From Acidobacteriota bacterium (GTDB lineage: Bacteria; Acidobacteriota; UBA6911), in contig JAFGTD010000152.1 of the NCBI GenBank assembly GCA_016934295.1, forward strand, positions 19,624-83,623: a stretch of 64,000 nt of DNA, read 5' to 3'. The notes below the pieces were generated by a model. It made no database searches and was not told the origin of the DNA. It worked only from the letters and a program-made list of their open reading frames with translations. Numbering within the stretch: the first letter of the stretch is position 1; each line of letters opens with the position of its first letter. The position numbers and the translations under genes were made by a program. Shown here piece by piece: positions 19,586 to 27,984 of this stretch.

Positions 19586-21355
19586 CTACATCCCTTCTCG
19601 TAAAACGGAACGGAGTAACTGAGAAACCATTTCAGGATCCTTCTTCGCTTTTTCTACAAGTTTCTTTTTTATAACGGCCACCTTTCGGTTGCCTTGACTC
19701 GCCACGGAAGCTTCTTTCAGCAATTCCCGCTCAATCTGTTCGTCGCTGTGCTCCAGGGCCAGTAATTTATCCTCCGCTCCGGAGGTCGTTCCCGGTAAAG
19801 CCCCTTGACTACCCGAATCGGAAGACCCTTCAATTTCACCGGCCTTCTTTCCATCCGGCAGAGCAGCCGCCTCCCCTTCGGAAGGCAATTGCGCCTCAGT
19901 CGCGTCTCCGGTCCCGATAGCAGCCATGGATAATGCATGAGAAACGCGCCTTCGGATCGGGCGGAGAAAAATCAGATAAACCAGAAGGAAAAGAATCAGA
20001 AAAGCCAGATACTTCATCCCGGGAATTAAATATTCCCTCCACTTTACATAAAAAGTCTCTTCGGGCAGGGTTTCCACCGGCATTGTATCCGCATAGAAGG
20101 GCTCATTTTTGATGGTTACGACATCGCCCCTCCTTTCGTCATAGCCGACAGTCGCCAGCACCAGATCTCTGTAGCGGTCCAGGTCCCTTTGAGGTATCGG
20201 CTCCAGCCTGGATGTAATCTCGCCCTCATCAGTCCTGTCATAGATTTTTCTATGATCCAAAAGAACGGCTACGGAGATTCTTTTGATCGCTCCCTTCGGC
20301 TGAACGGTGTGCCGCGTAATCTTGCTGACTTCGTAGTTCGTCGATTCGCTTTGACGAATCCGTTCCAGAATGGAGCTGGCGCTCTGCGACATTGCCGGCG
20401 GGTTCAGATTGGACTGTGTTCCCGGAACCCCGGAGGCGGCTGAATTGTCGCCGGGACCGGAGCGTTCTTCCGTTCTCTGCTGGCTCAAAACCGCCGGCGT
20501 GCTGGGGTTGTATGTTTCCTCCATCTGCTCGGTAGTGTTGAAATCCATGTCCAGGGACGCGGTCACGCGCACTTTATCTTTGCCCACCAGCGGTTCCAGC
20601 ATGGAAACCACGTCGGATACTATTTCCTTCTCCAGTTGTTCGCGGTAGCTGGATTCCAATTCCGTCCGTTCCGCATCGGCGGATTCCACCGACTGCGTCA
20701 GGAGATTCCCCTCGTTATCCACTATGGAAACGTTGCGCGAACGCAATCCCGGCACGGCACCTGCGACAAGGCCTTTAATCCCGGAGACGCTTGATTTGGA
20801 AAGCTCGGATCCTCTATTGAGTGTTATAAGAACGCTGGCTTTTGCATCTTCGGTATTTTCCTCAAACACAGAATCATTCGGAAGAACGATATGCACCTTC
20901 GCATGCATCACTTCATTGAGGCTGGATATCGTTCGGCTCAACTCCCCTTCCAGAGCCCTTTGATGGTTAATCTGTTCGGTAAAATCGGTCATTCCGAACT
21001 GGCTTTTATCGAATATGTCGAAACCGACCCTGCCGCTGCCGGCCAGACCGGAACCGGCGATATCCATCTTCAGTTGATCGATTTCATTTCTGTTGCCGGC
21101 AACTTTTATCGTCGTTCCCTGGACGATGAAATCCCTATTCTCTTCCCTGAGTTTTTCCATAATGGCATGGGCGTCCTCCGGGGTCAGGTCCTGATAAAGC
21201 GTTTCATATTCGACCCTGTTCATAAAAAAGACCAGAGATCCGATCAGCGCCATGCCGAGGAATCCGAAAACGAATATTGTGGTTCTCTGCGAATGTGAAA
21301 GACGCGACCATATTTCAAGAAGCTGATTGACCATGGGAGGTCGGTTAATTGGCAT
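19586..21355 (-). CDS. fliF: Flagellar MS-ring protein FliF
   Basis: 589 aa. N-terminal TM segment plus the YscJ/FliF domain and a C-terminal TM segment. Confidence 0.9.
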   Translation of the reverse strand: MPINRPPMVNQLLEIWSRLSHSQRTTIFVFGFLGMALIGSLVFFMNRVEYETLYQDLTPEDAHAIMEKLREENRDFIVQGTTIKVAGNRNEIDQLKMDIAGSGLAGSGRVGFDIFDKSQFGMTDFTEQINHQRALEGELSRTISSLNEVMHAKVHIVLPNDSVFEENTEDAKASVLITLNRGSELSKSSVSGIKGLVAGAVPGLRSRNVSIVDNEGNLLTQSVESADAERTELESSYREQLEKEIVSDVVSMLEPLVGKDKVRVTASLDMDFNTTEQMEETYNPSTPAVLSQQRTEERSGPGDNSAASGVPGTQSNLNPPAMSQSASSILERIRQSESTNYEVSKITRHTVQPKGAIKRISVAVLLDHRKIYDRTDEGEITSRLEPIPQRDLDRYRDLVLATVGYDERRGDVVTIKNEPFYADTMPVETLPEETFYVKWREYLIPGMKYLAFLILFLLVYLIFLRPIRRRVSHALSMAAIGTGDATEAQLPSEGEAAALPDGKKAGEIEGSSDSGSQGALPGTTSGAEDKLLALEHSDEQIERELLKEASVASQGNRKVAVIKKKLVEKAKKDPEMVSQLLRSVLREGM

Positions 21356-21398
21356 TTTCTACTCCGGCAACATCTGTCTCGTGGAAGTTTTCAAGCCT

Positions 21399-21707
21399 TT
21401 AAACCTGCATGCGTATGATTTCCTGATAAGCCTGGACGATCTTATTGCGGACCTGCATCATCATCTGGAAGGACAGGTCGGCTTTTTGCATGGCGATTAC
21501 GGTATTGTGCAGATCCTGGGATTCCCCAGTTATCAGTTTTTCTATTTCCTGATTCGACTGTTTTTGCAGTTCGTTTACCGTGGAAATCGCATCCTTTAAA
21601 ACCGTACCGAAGTTCGTATCTTTTTTTTCGGTTCCCGGACGCCGGAGCGGCTCTATCTCGGGAATCTGAAGCTTCGGATTAATGGGTCCAATAATGCCTT
21701 TATCCAT
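21399..21707 (-). CDS. fliE: Flagellar hook-basal body protein FliE
   Basis: 102 aa. The C-terminal (MQKADLSFQMMMQVRNKIVQAYQEIIRMQV) matches the FliE family. Confidence 0.85.
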   Translation of the reverse strand: MDKGIIGPINPKLQIPEIEPLRRPGTEKKDTNFGTVLKDAISTVNELQKQSNQEIEKLITGESQDLHNTVIAMQKADLSFQMMMQVRNKIVQAYQEIIRMQV

Positions 21708-21717
21708 TGAATTTCCT

Positions 21718-22143
21718 CTACCTGAGTATTTCCAGTGTCTTCATGGCCATTTCTTTGGCTGAATTCACCGCCTGGAGATTTGCTTCATAGGAGCGTGTGG
21801 CGGAGAGCACATTCACCAGCTCTTCCATGGGTTTTATATTCGGGTAGTAAACATAACCTTCGGAATCCGCATGCTTATGACCGGGTTCATGTCGCCGATC
21901 GGGATCGGTACGATCCGTGGTGATGCCCGAGATCTCCACTCCCTGTACCGCGTTTTCAAATTCCGCGCCGAAGGACCTCGCGGGTGTTACGGAACTGAAA
22001 ACGACATCTTTTCTGCGAAATGGTTCCACCCCTGCCGGTCGCGTGGTATTGGCGTTCGCGAGGTTGCTGACAAGCACCTCAAGCCTTTTGCGCTGGGCGG
22101 TCAGACCGGAAGCACTGACTGCGATGGCGTCCAATAAGCTCAT
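21718..22143 (-). CDS. flgC: Flagellar basal-body rod protein FlgC
   Basis: 141 aa. N-terminal SGLTAQRKRLEVLVSNLANANTT and C-terminal SYEANLQAVNSAKEM motifs. Confidence 0.9.
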   Translation of the reverse strand: MSLLDAIAVSASGLTAQRKRLEVLVSNLANANTTRPAGVEPFRRKDVVFSSVTPARSFGAEFENAVQGVEISGITTDRTDPDRRHEPGHKHADSEGYVYYPNIKPMEELVNVLSATRSYEANLQAVNSAKEMAMKTLEILR

Positions 22144-22548
22144 TTAATTTCCTCCTTCGTTTATACTGATGGCAAGCGTCCGAAATTTTCCCTTCAATAT
22201 TTCCGCCATCATGGAATACCCGAAAGATGTCTCGCTGAGTTTTAAAAGCTCCCTATCCAGATCCACGTTATTTTGATCTGTCCTGGATATCAATCCGGGG
22301 ACTTCGAAAGGCTGAACCTGCGAGGGGCCCGGCAGCCAGCTTTGAACGTGCCCCGGGCGACTGGTTCGCTGTGGCGTCGTTGTTTCACTCAAAAGTTCCT
22401 GAATCGTCGCGTGAAAGGACACATCCTTTGTTTTGTATCCCGGAGTGTCAATATTTGCGAGGTTGGAGGCGACAATTTGCTGACGCTTTGAAAGCCTGCT
22501 CATATACGGGCCTATCGCCTGCAGTGTCGGATCCTGAAATAAATCCAT
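22144..22548 (-). CDS. flgB: Flagellar basal-body rod protein FlgB
   Basis: 134 aa. The N-terminal rod motif (QQIVASNLANIDTPGYK) is present. Confidence 0.9.
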   Translation of the reverse strand: MDLFQDPTLQAIGPYMSRLSKRQQIVASNLANIDTPGYKTKDVSFHATIQELLSETTTPQRTSRPGHVQSWLPGPSQVQPFEVPGLISRTDQNNVDLDRELLKLSETSFGYSMMAEILKGKFRTLAISINEGGN

Positions 22549-22597
22549 ACAATTCCTCCAAAAGTCTCCGTTCAGGTCGAGACTAGCAATAAATCAA

Positions 22598-22612
22598 AGC
22601 AACTAATGTGCC
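22598..22612 (-). promoter_or_regulatory. Sigma54 (-24/-12) promoter for flgBC-fliEFGHIJK
   Basis: The minus strand reads TGGCAC-ATTAG-TTGCT, a full match to the consensus. It lies about 50 nt upstream of the flgB ATG. Confidence 0.65.
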
Positions 22613-22790
22613 AAAAATGCTTTAAATATTTGATTTATTAAAGAAGCACGACGTTTGGAGTGCATCGGTTCTCTTCTTTTACGCATCTACTGTACCGGCC
22701 GATCGATTTTGATTCCTTTCGGTGCATCTACCCTCATTTTAACGACAGGAAACAAATCCTTGATGATAAGGATATTACCGGGCATTTAAC

Positions 22791-24182
22791 TCAAACGGAC
22801 GCATGCGAGTGGGCAGATTTTGCCTGCCTTCCCTGCAGCCCCCTGTCCTGAAGTCCGAATTCATTTAATTTATTTCTCAGGGTTCTCAGGCTAATGCCGA
22901 GACTTTTAGCGGCCCGAGTCCGATTTCCCCCGGTATCTTCCAGGGTTCTGCAGATCAATTGACGCTCCATTTCCCGCATGGTAACTCCGGCGGAAAATCC
23001 CAGTTCGTGGGATTTTGTTTCCGTCTCGGACGCGGAAATCTCCGATTGGGGATTCAACAGAGGCAGATCTTCCACCCGTAGGTTTTCGCCGGGACAAAAG
23101 GCAAGAGCCCGCTGAATCGTATTTTCCAGTTCACGCACGTTGCCCGGCCAGGAATACCGCATCAAACGATCCAGCGCGTCAGAACTTAAAGCGACGGAGT
23201 TCTCTCCCGAATGTTTCCCGTATTTCTTGCAAAAGAAATCCGCAAGCAGGGGAATATCCTTACGTCGTTCCCTCAGAGGCGGGATGGTTAAACGAACCAC
23301 GTTCAACCGATAAAAGAGATCCTGCCTGAAATCGCCGCGGCGCACCAGTTCCTGCAGGTCGCGGTTTGTGGTGGCAATTATGCGGACATTGATCGAAACC
23401 GGAGTGCGTCCGCCGATGCGATCCACTTCTTTTTCCTGCAGAACCCGCAGTAGTTTGGCCTGAAGAATCGACGCCATTTCACCGATTTCATCGAGCAGCA
23501 ATGTTCCTTCGTTTGCAAGCTCGAATTTTCCGGGTTTTGAACTGATGGCCCCGGTGAATGCACCCTTCTCAAAACCGAACAATTCGCTTTCAAGCAGATT
23601 TTCAGGAAGAGCGGCACAATTAACCGCAACGAAATCATTGTTCGACCTGCCGCTCTTTTGATGAAGCATTCGCGCCAGCAATTCCTTGCCCGTTCCGCTT
23701 TCCGCTTCTATCAATATCGTGGCTTCGGTTGCGGCAGCCTGTGCAGCTAGTTCAAGGGTGCGTGAAAAATCCGGATCCTGAGTCAGGATCGTATGTGCCG
23801 TCTTTTCGTTTTTTTGCGGAATGGAATCAAGCGCCCGTCTGACTACACGCTCCAGTGCTTCCGATGAAAAAGGCTTGAGCAGATAATCATAGGCGCCGTG
23901 ACGCATCGCATCCACAGCGTTCTGAATCGTACCGTAGGCGGTCAGGAGAACAACCGGAGTTTGGGGCGAAAGAGATTGAACCTTCTTCAGGAGGTCCAGC
24001 CCGCTCAGTTCGGGCATTCTCATATCCGTAAGAACAAGATGGTAATATTTTTCCTTCAACCTGCACAAAGCCTCCATCACGCTTCCTGCAGTCGTGATGC
24101 CGTACCCTTTGCGCCTGAGCGTTTCTTGAACCGCAATAAGCATTTGCGGTTCGTCGTCAACCACAAGTATTTCTTCATCCAT
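22791..24182 (-). CDS. Sigma54-dependent two-component response regulator (FlrC/FleR-like, NtrC family)
   Basis: REC domain (VVDDEP...LVLTDMRMP), AAA+ sigma54-interaction domain (GESGTGKE...GAFTGA) and a C-terminal Fis-type HTH. The probable start is the ATG at 24182 (MDEEILVV...). That start overlaps the kinase stop in the sequence CATGGATGA. Confidence 0.85.
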   Translation of the reverse strand: MDEEILVVDDEPQMLIAVQETLRRKGYGITTAGSVMEALCRLKEKYYHLVLTDMRMPELSGLDLLKKVQSLSPQTPVVLLTAYGTIQNAVDAMRHGAYDYLLKPFSSEALERVVRRALDSIPQKNEKTAHTILTQDPDFSRTLELAAQAAATEATILIEAESGTGKELLARMLHQKSGRSNNDFVAVNCAALPENLLESELFGFEKGAFTGAISSKPGKFELANEGTLLLDEIGEMASILQAKLLRVLQEKEVDRIGGRTPVSINVRIIATTNRDLQELVRRGDFRQDLFYRLNVVRLTIPPLRERRKDIPLLADFFCKKYGKHSGENSVALSSDALDRLMRYSWPGNVRELENTIQRALAFCPGENLRVEDLPLLNPQSEISASETETKSHELGFSAGVTMREMERQLICRTLEDTGGNRTRAAKSLGISLRTLRNKLNEFGLQDRGLQGRQAKSAHSHASV

Positions 24183-25491
24183 GCATCGATTCCTTTGTAC
24201 TCCGGCTTTTTTCAGGCTCGGAAGGACGTGTTCCGAAGCTGATGATAAATGTAGTGCCGTGATTGATTTCACTGGAAACCCGGATGGTCCCGGAATGCTG
24301 TTCTACAATCCGATGGACCACGGAAAGTCCCAGTCCCGTCCCTTTTTTGTTGGTGGTGAAAAATGGATCGAATATACGATTCAGATTTTCCGGCGGAATG
24401 CCGATGCCTGAATCCTGGATTTTCACTTCCAGCCCCCTCCCGCTATCGTGCTCCTGTTTGATATTTTTAGTCTGAACCAGGAGCGAGCCTTCGGAAGGCA
24501 TGGCGTTCATGGCATTCATAATCAAATTCAGCATCATCTGCTTTATAAGTTCACTGTCGGCGCAAAGAACCGGCTGATCTGCTTTAAGTTGCTTCAGTAT
24601 CCGGACCTTCCGTTGATTCATAATAGGATGGGTAAATGCCAGAACGTCCTGAATGATTCTATGAATATCCACTTCTGCAAACGCCGGGGATAATGGATTG
24701 GCAAAATGAAGCATATTCGAAACTATATTATTTAGCGACCGGCTTCCGATCCGGATGTTCTCGGCCCACCGTTTTAAATCTCCCGACACCTCTTTTTCCA
24801 AAAGTGAAGCAAACAGCTCAACACTTCCCAGGGGATTCCGAATCTCGTGGGCCAGTTCTACTGCCATTTCTCCCATCGCGGAGAGTCTCTCGACCCGTTT
24901 ATTCTGCTCCTGGAGAGCCTTCATTTCGGTAATGTCGCGGATGATATGAAGAGTGCCGACCTGATCGCCGCCTGCATCCGTCAGAGGCGCACCCGAAGTA
25001 GCCAGTATCTTCTGTTTTTTCCCACGTTTGAGCGGGATTTCGACCTCGCGCTTGCTGCCGCTGCGCGCAACGGAAGAAGCGAGATAGGAGCGTACCCCCG
25101 AGTTGAGATAAGGCCGGCGATGTTTCCCTGATTTTGTAAGCACCTCGGCAGCCATTGGATTGCACAGGGTCAAATCACCCCTGTCGTCTAGAACCAATAC
25201 ACCGCATGGGAGTCTTTCGAGAATGTTATGCAAAAAATTCTGAGCTTCTTCCTTTTCCCGCAGGCTTTTTTCCAATTCCAGATTCTTGGCTTCCAGTTCC
25301 TCGGTAAGTTCCTGCGCTTTTGCCTGGAGTTGGCTGTATGCTGTTTCAAGGGAACTTGAAGCTTTCGTAAACATTTCAAAAGCTTCAATAAGTAATCCAG
25401 TTTCCCCCCCTTGCCTGATTCTTTTTTTGGGATCGGACGGAAATATCATGTTTTCAATTTTTTCTCTGACTCTCTCAACCTCCGGCGCCAT
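24175..25491 (-). CDS. Cytoplasmic PAS sensor histidine kinase (FlrB/FleS-like)
   Basis: No TM segment. Coiled coil, PAS domain, HisKA (ELAHEIRNPL) and HATPase_c (GTGLGLSVV). Translationally coupled to the downstream response regulator. Confidence 0.85.
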   Translation of the reverse strand: MAPEVERVREKIENMIFPSDPKKRIRQGGETGLLIEAFEMFTKASSSLETAYSQLQAKAQELTEELEAKNLELEKSLREKEEAQNFLHNILERLPCGVLVLDDRGDLTLCNPMAAEVLTKSGKHRRPYLNSGVRSYLASSVARSGSKREVEIPLKRGKKQKILATSGAPLTDAGGDQVGTLHIIRDITEMKALQEQNKRVERLSAMGEMAVELAHEIRNPLGSVELFASLLEKEVSGDLKRWAENIRIGSRSLNNIVSNMLHFANPLSPAFAEVDIHRIIQDVLAFTHPIMNQRKVRILKQLKADQPVLCADSELIKQMMLNLIMNAMNAMPSEGSLLVQTKNIKQEHDSGRGLEVKIQDSGIGIPPENLNRIFDPFFTTNKKGTGLGLSVVHRIVEQHSGTIRVSSEINHGTTFIISFGTRPSEPEKSRSTKESMHG

Positions 25492-25752
25492 AGGTGCCCT
25501 CCAGGGGATCTTGCCTCAACATTCGACATAGCGCGACCGCTCTCGTTAGGACGATGCCTGCTCGATTAATAGGCAATCCCTATGCCATGTCGCGACCAAA
25601 AATTTTTAAAATATGTATTCCATTTATTTACAATAGGATAGACTTACCGCGCCGACATTATATTCTCCGGACCCTACTTTCATTTCCATCTAAGGAGTCA
25701 ATTTGTTGACATTCGTGCAATCGAAGCTTTGACGTACAATCAGTGAATAAAG

Positions 25753-25801
25753 CAGTGGGCAGTGGGCAGTGGGCAGTGGGCAGTGGGCAGTGGGCAGTGG
25801 G
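25753..25801. repeat. Perfect heptanucleotide microsatellite (CAGTGGG)x7
   Basis: Seven uninterrupted CAGTGGG units, read directly in the sequence. Intergenic, between the kinase and the divergent response regulator. Confidence 0.9.
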
Positions 25802-26045
25802 CGATCCCGATGCCGACTCCGATACCGACACCGGGGAGAAATTTGGACACCCATTATCTAGCAGTAAGCAGTGGGTAGTTGGCAATAAATCGTGTGCAGC
25901 AGGGGCGAACCTTGCATCCGAGGGCAAAATCGGTGTCGGGGTCGGTATCGCTATCGGGATCGAAAGTGGGTAATGTGCAGTGGGCGATCCCGATGCCGAT
26001 TCCGATCCCGACTCCGGTGGGGAGAAATTTGGACACCCATTATCT
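25802..26045. repeat. Two direct copies of a roughly 57-bp unit [CAGTGGG + (CGAYNC)x5 hexamer array + GGGGAGAAATTTGGACACCCATTATCT], with an inverted copy of the hexamer array between them
   Basis: Direct copies at 25802-25859 and 25978-26045. Inverted hexamer array at 25931-25962 (CGGTGTCGGGGTCGGTATCGCTATCGGGATCG). The whole block is bracketed by a 10-bp direct repeat, AGTGAATAAA, at 25742-25751 and 26082-26091. Confidence 0.8.
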
Positions 26046-26120
26046 TAATGTTGAAGATTGAGAACTCATCTCTGTTCAAAGAGTGAATAAAATTTTTTTT
26101 GCGCAGGCGGAATGATTTTG

Positions 26121-26150
26121 TTGACAAATATGAATACTATGAGATATATA
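26121..26150 (+). promoter_or_regulatory. Sigma70-like promoter (TTGACA-N18-TATATA) for the downstream response-regulator gene
   Basis: TTGACA at 26121-26126, an 18-nt spacer, then TATATA. It lies about 65 nt upstream of the ATG at 26214. Confidence 0.35.
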
Positions 26151-26213
26151 AAAAATCCGAGTCGCAGTTTTCAGCATCCGTTTAACTAAAATCCGAATTC
26201 TTACGAGGGGCCA

Positions 26214-27626
26214 ATGGTACGCAAAAAGGACGTCAGGATCCTTATCGTCGATGATGAAGACTATATGCGGGAAGTTGTCCGACAAGCTCTCGAAGGTGCC
26301 GATTTTGAAGTTGATGAAGCCGCCGACGGTAAAACGGCACTGGCAATGCTTCGTCAATATCCCTACAACGTAATCGTTACCGATATACGACTGCCCGGAC
26401 TGACCGGAGATAAAATCCTCGAAGAAGCTCTTTCACTTTTTTCTGAAACGATTGTCATTGTAATGACCGGCTTTGGAAATATACAGTCCGCCGTAGAAGC
26501 CATGCGTAAAGGCGCCTACGACTACTTACCGAAACCGTTTCAGTTGGACGAACTTGTAGTTCGTGTCGAAAAAGGACTGGAAGAGCAACAACTCAAGTCG
26601 GAGAACCGGATGTTGCGGGGAGAGCTTCAAAGCAAGTATCATTTCTCGAATCTCGTCGGAAACAGTTCGGCGATGCAGAACATCTACAGGCTGATCAGTG
26701 TTGTTGCCTCCAAGAACAGCACGGTGCTTATCGAGGGAGAAACGGGAACCGGCAAAGAATTGATCGCGCGTGCCATTCACTACAACGGCCCCCGCAAAGA
26801 CCAGCCTCTGGTCAGCGTCAATTGCGGAGCGATCCCTTCGAACCTTCTTGAAGACGAGCTCTTCGGCCATGTAAAAGGAGCTTTTACCGGTGCCCATCAG
26901 CACAGAATCGGAAGGTTCGAACAGGCAAACCATGGCACGCTTTTCCTGGACGAAGTGTCCAGCATGCCGATGGATCTCCAGGTAAAATTGCTGCGGGTAC
27001 TTCAGGAACGTGAATTCCAGAGAGTCGGCAGCCCCACAACTGTTAAAGTGGACGTGCGCATCGTTGCCGCTACAAACAGCAATCTTCTTGACGCGGTAGA
27101 AAAGGGCGATTTCCGGGAAGACCTGTACTATCGTTTGAACGTAATACCCATGCATGTCCCGTCACTGAAAAATCGACGCGAGGACATCCCGTTTTTAATC
27201 CAGCATTTCTTAAACAAATACTGCACGGACGAGGATCTTCAACCCAAAAGCGTTTCGAATGAAGCTATGAAGTACCTGATGTCCTACGATTGGCCGGGCA
27301 ACGTCCGCCAGCTGTCGAACTCGATTGAAATGGCGGTCGCGCTCTCGGGAGACAGGGATGTCCTGGATATGGAGGATTTCCCCGTTGTTACAAAGCCGGC
27401 CGACTCCAAGGCATCCTTTCAGGCCATCGATATTCCGGACAACGGCCTCGATTTCAACACCATGATTTCCGACCTTGAAAAACAGCTGATACTCCAAAGT
27501 CTGCAGGTGGCCAGGGGAAATAAAAAGCGGGCGGCCTCCCTTCTCCAGTTGAAAAGGACCACCTTCGTCGAAAAGCTGCGTCGCATGGGAGTGGAATCAT
27601 CTGCGGGCGAATCGGCCGAAATCTAA
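26214..27626 (+). CDS. Sigma54-dependent response regulator (NtrC family); no kinase gene adjacent on this side
   Basis: 470 aa. REC domain with conserved Asp residues, AAA+ domain (GETGTGKE, GAFTGA) and a C-terminal HTH. Confidence 0.85.
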   Translation: MVRKKDVRILIVDDEDYMREVVRQALEGADFEVDEAADGKTALAMLRQYPYNVIVTDIRLPGLTGDKILEEALSLFSETIVIVMTGFGNIQSAVEAMRKGAYDYLPKPFQLDELVVRVEKGLEEQQLKSENRMLRGELQSKYHFSNLVGNSSAMQNIYRLISVVASKNSTVLIEGETGTGKELIARAIHYNGPRKDQPLVSVNCGAIPSNLLEDELFGHVKGAFTGAHQHRIGRFEQANHGTLFLDEVSSMPMDLQVKLLRVLQEREFQRVGSPTTVKVDVRIVAATNSNLLDAVEKGDFREDLYYRLNVIPMHVPSLKNRREDIPFLIQHFLNKYCTDEDLQPKSVSNEAMKYLMSYDWPGNVRQLSNSIEMAVALSGDRDVLDMEDFPVVTKPADSKASFQAIDIPDNGLDFNTMISDLEKQLILQSLQVARGNKKRAASLLQLKRTTFVEKLRRMGVESSAGESAEI

Positions 27627-27658
27627 TAACTCATTACCGAATCGCGCAAATAACCGAA

Positions 27659-27698
27659 CCCATGAAGAAAGGAGTCCTTCTTCATGGGTTTTTTCTTT
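27659..27698 (+). terminator. Rho-independent terminator
   Basis: CCCATGAAGAAAGG...CCTTCTTCATGGG forms an 11-13-bp stem, followed by TTTTTTCTTT. It sits just after the stop of the response-regulator gene. Confidence 0.75.
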
Positions 27699-27984
27699 AG
27701 CCCGCATCTCACAGGGGTACCCGCTGCTTCGCTTCTAAAGCCGCTTTGTACAACAAGTCGCTGCAGTATAAAATGGCCCAAATTTTCAGCTGGAATCCCG
27801 GTGAAAATTTGGGCTGTTGGAAATGCGGGCCATGTATCGAAATAAGATTGTCCCTTTCCGGTCAATCTGCGAAAATCTCCTCTCCCGTATTTCTAACAGG
27901 GTTTGCCGCGGTTTTTTCATCCAGCGGGTACAACGGCCTTGCTTATGGCGCCGCCGTTTGATAATCGGTATAACCTTGTATAAA

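Noticed and set aside
25753-26045. A possible CRISPR array
   Set aside because: The repeat units are only 6-7 bp with no spacers, and there is no cas gene nearby. It is a microsatellite or hexamer array, not a CRISPR.
25658-26086. Several 60-90-aa ORFs on both strands across the microsatellite block (for example 25743-25973 encoding …GSGQWAVGSGQWAVG…DPDADSDTDTG…)
   Set aside because: They are pure translations of hepta- and hexanucleotide repeats in every frame. Their ends coincide with the repeat block. I treat the region as non-coding.
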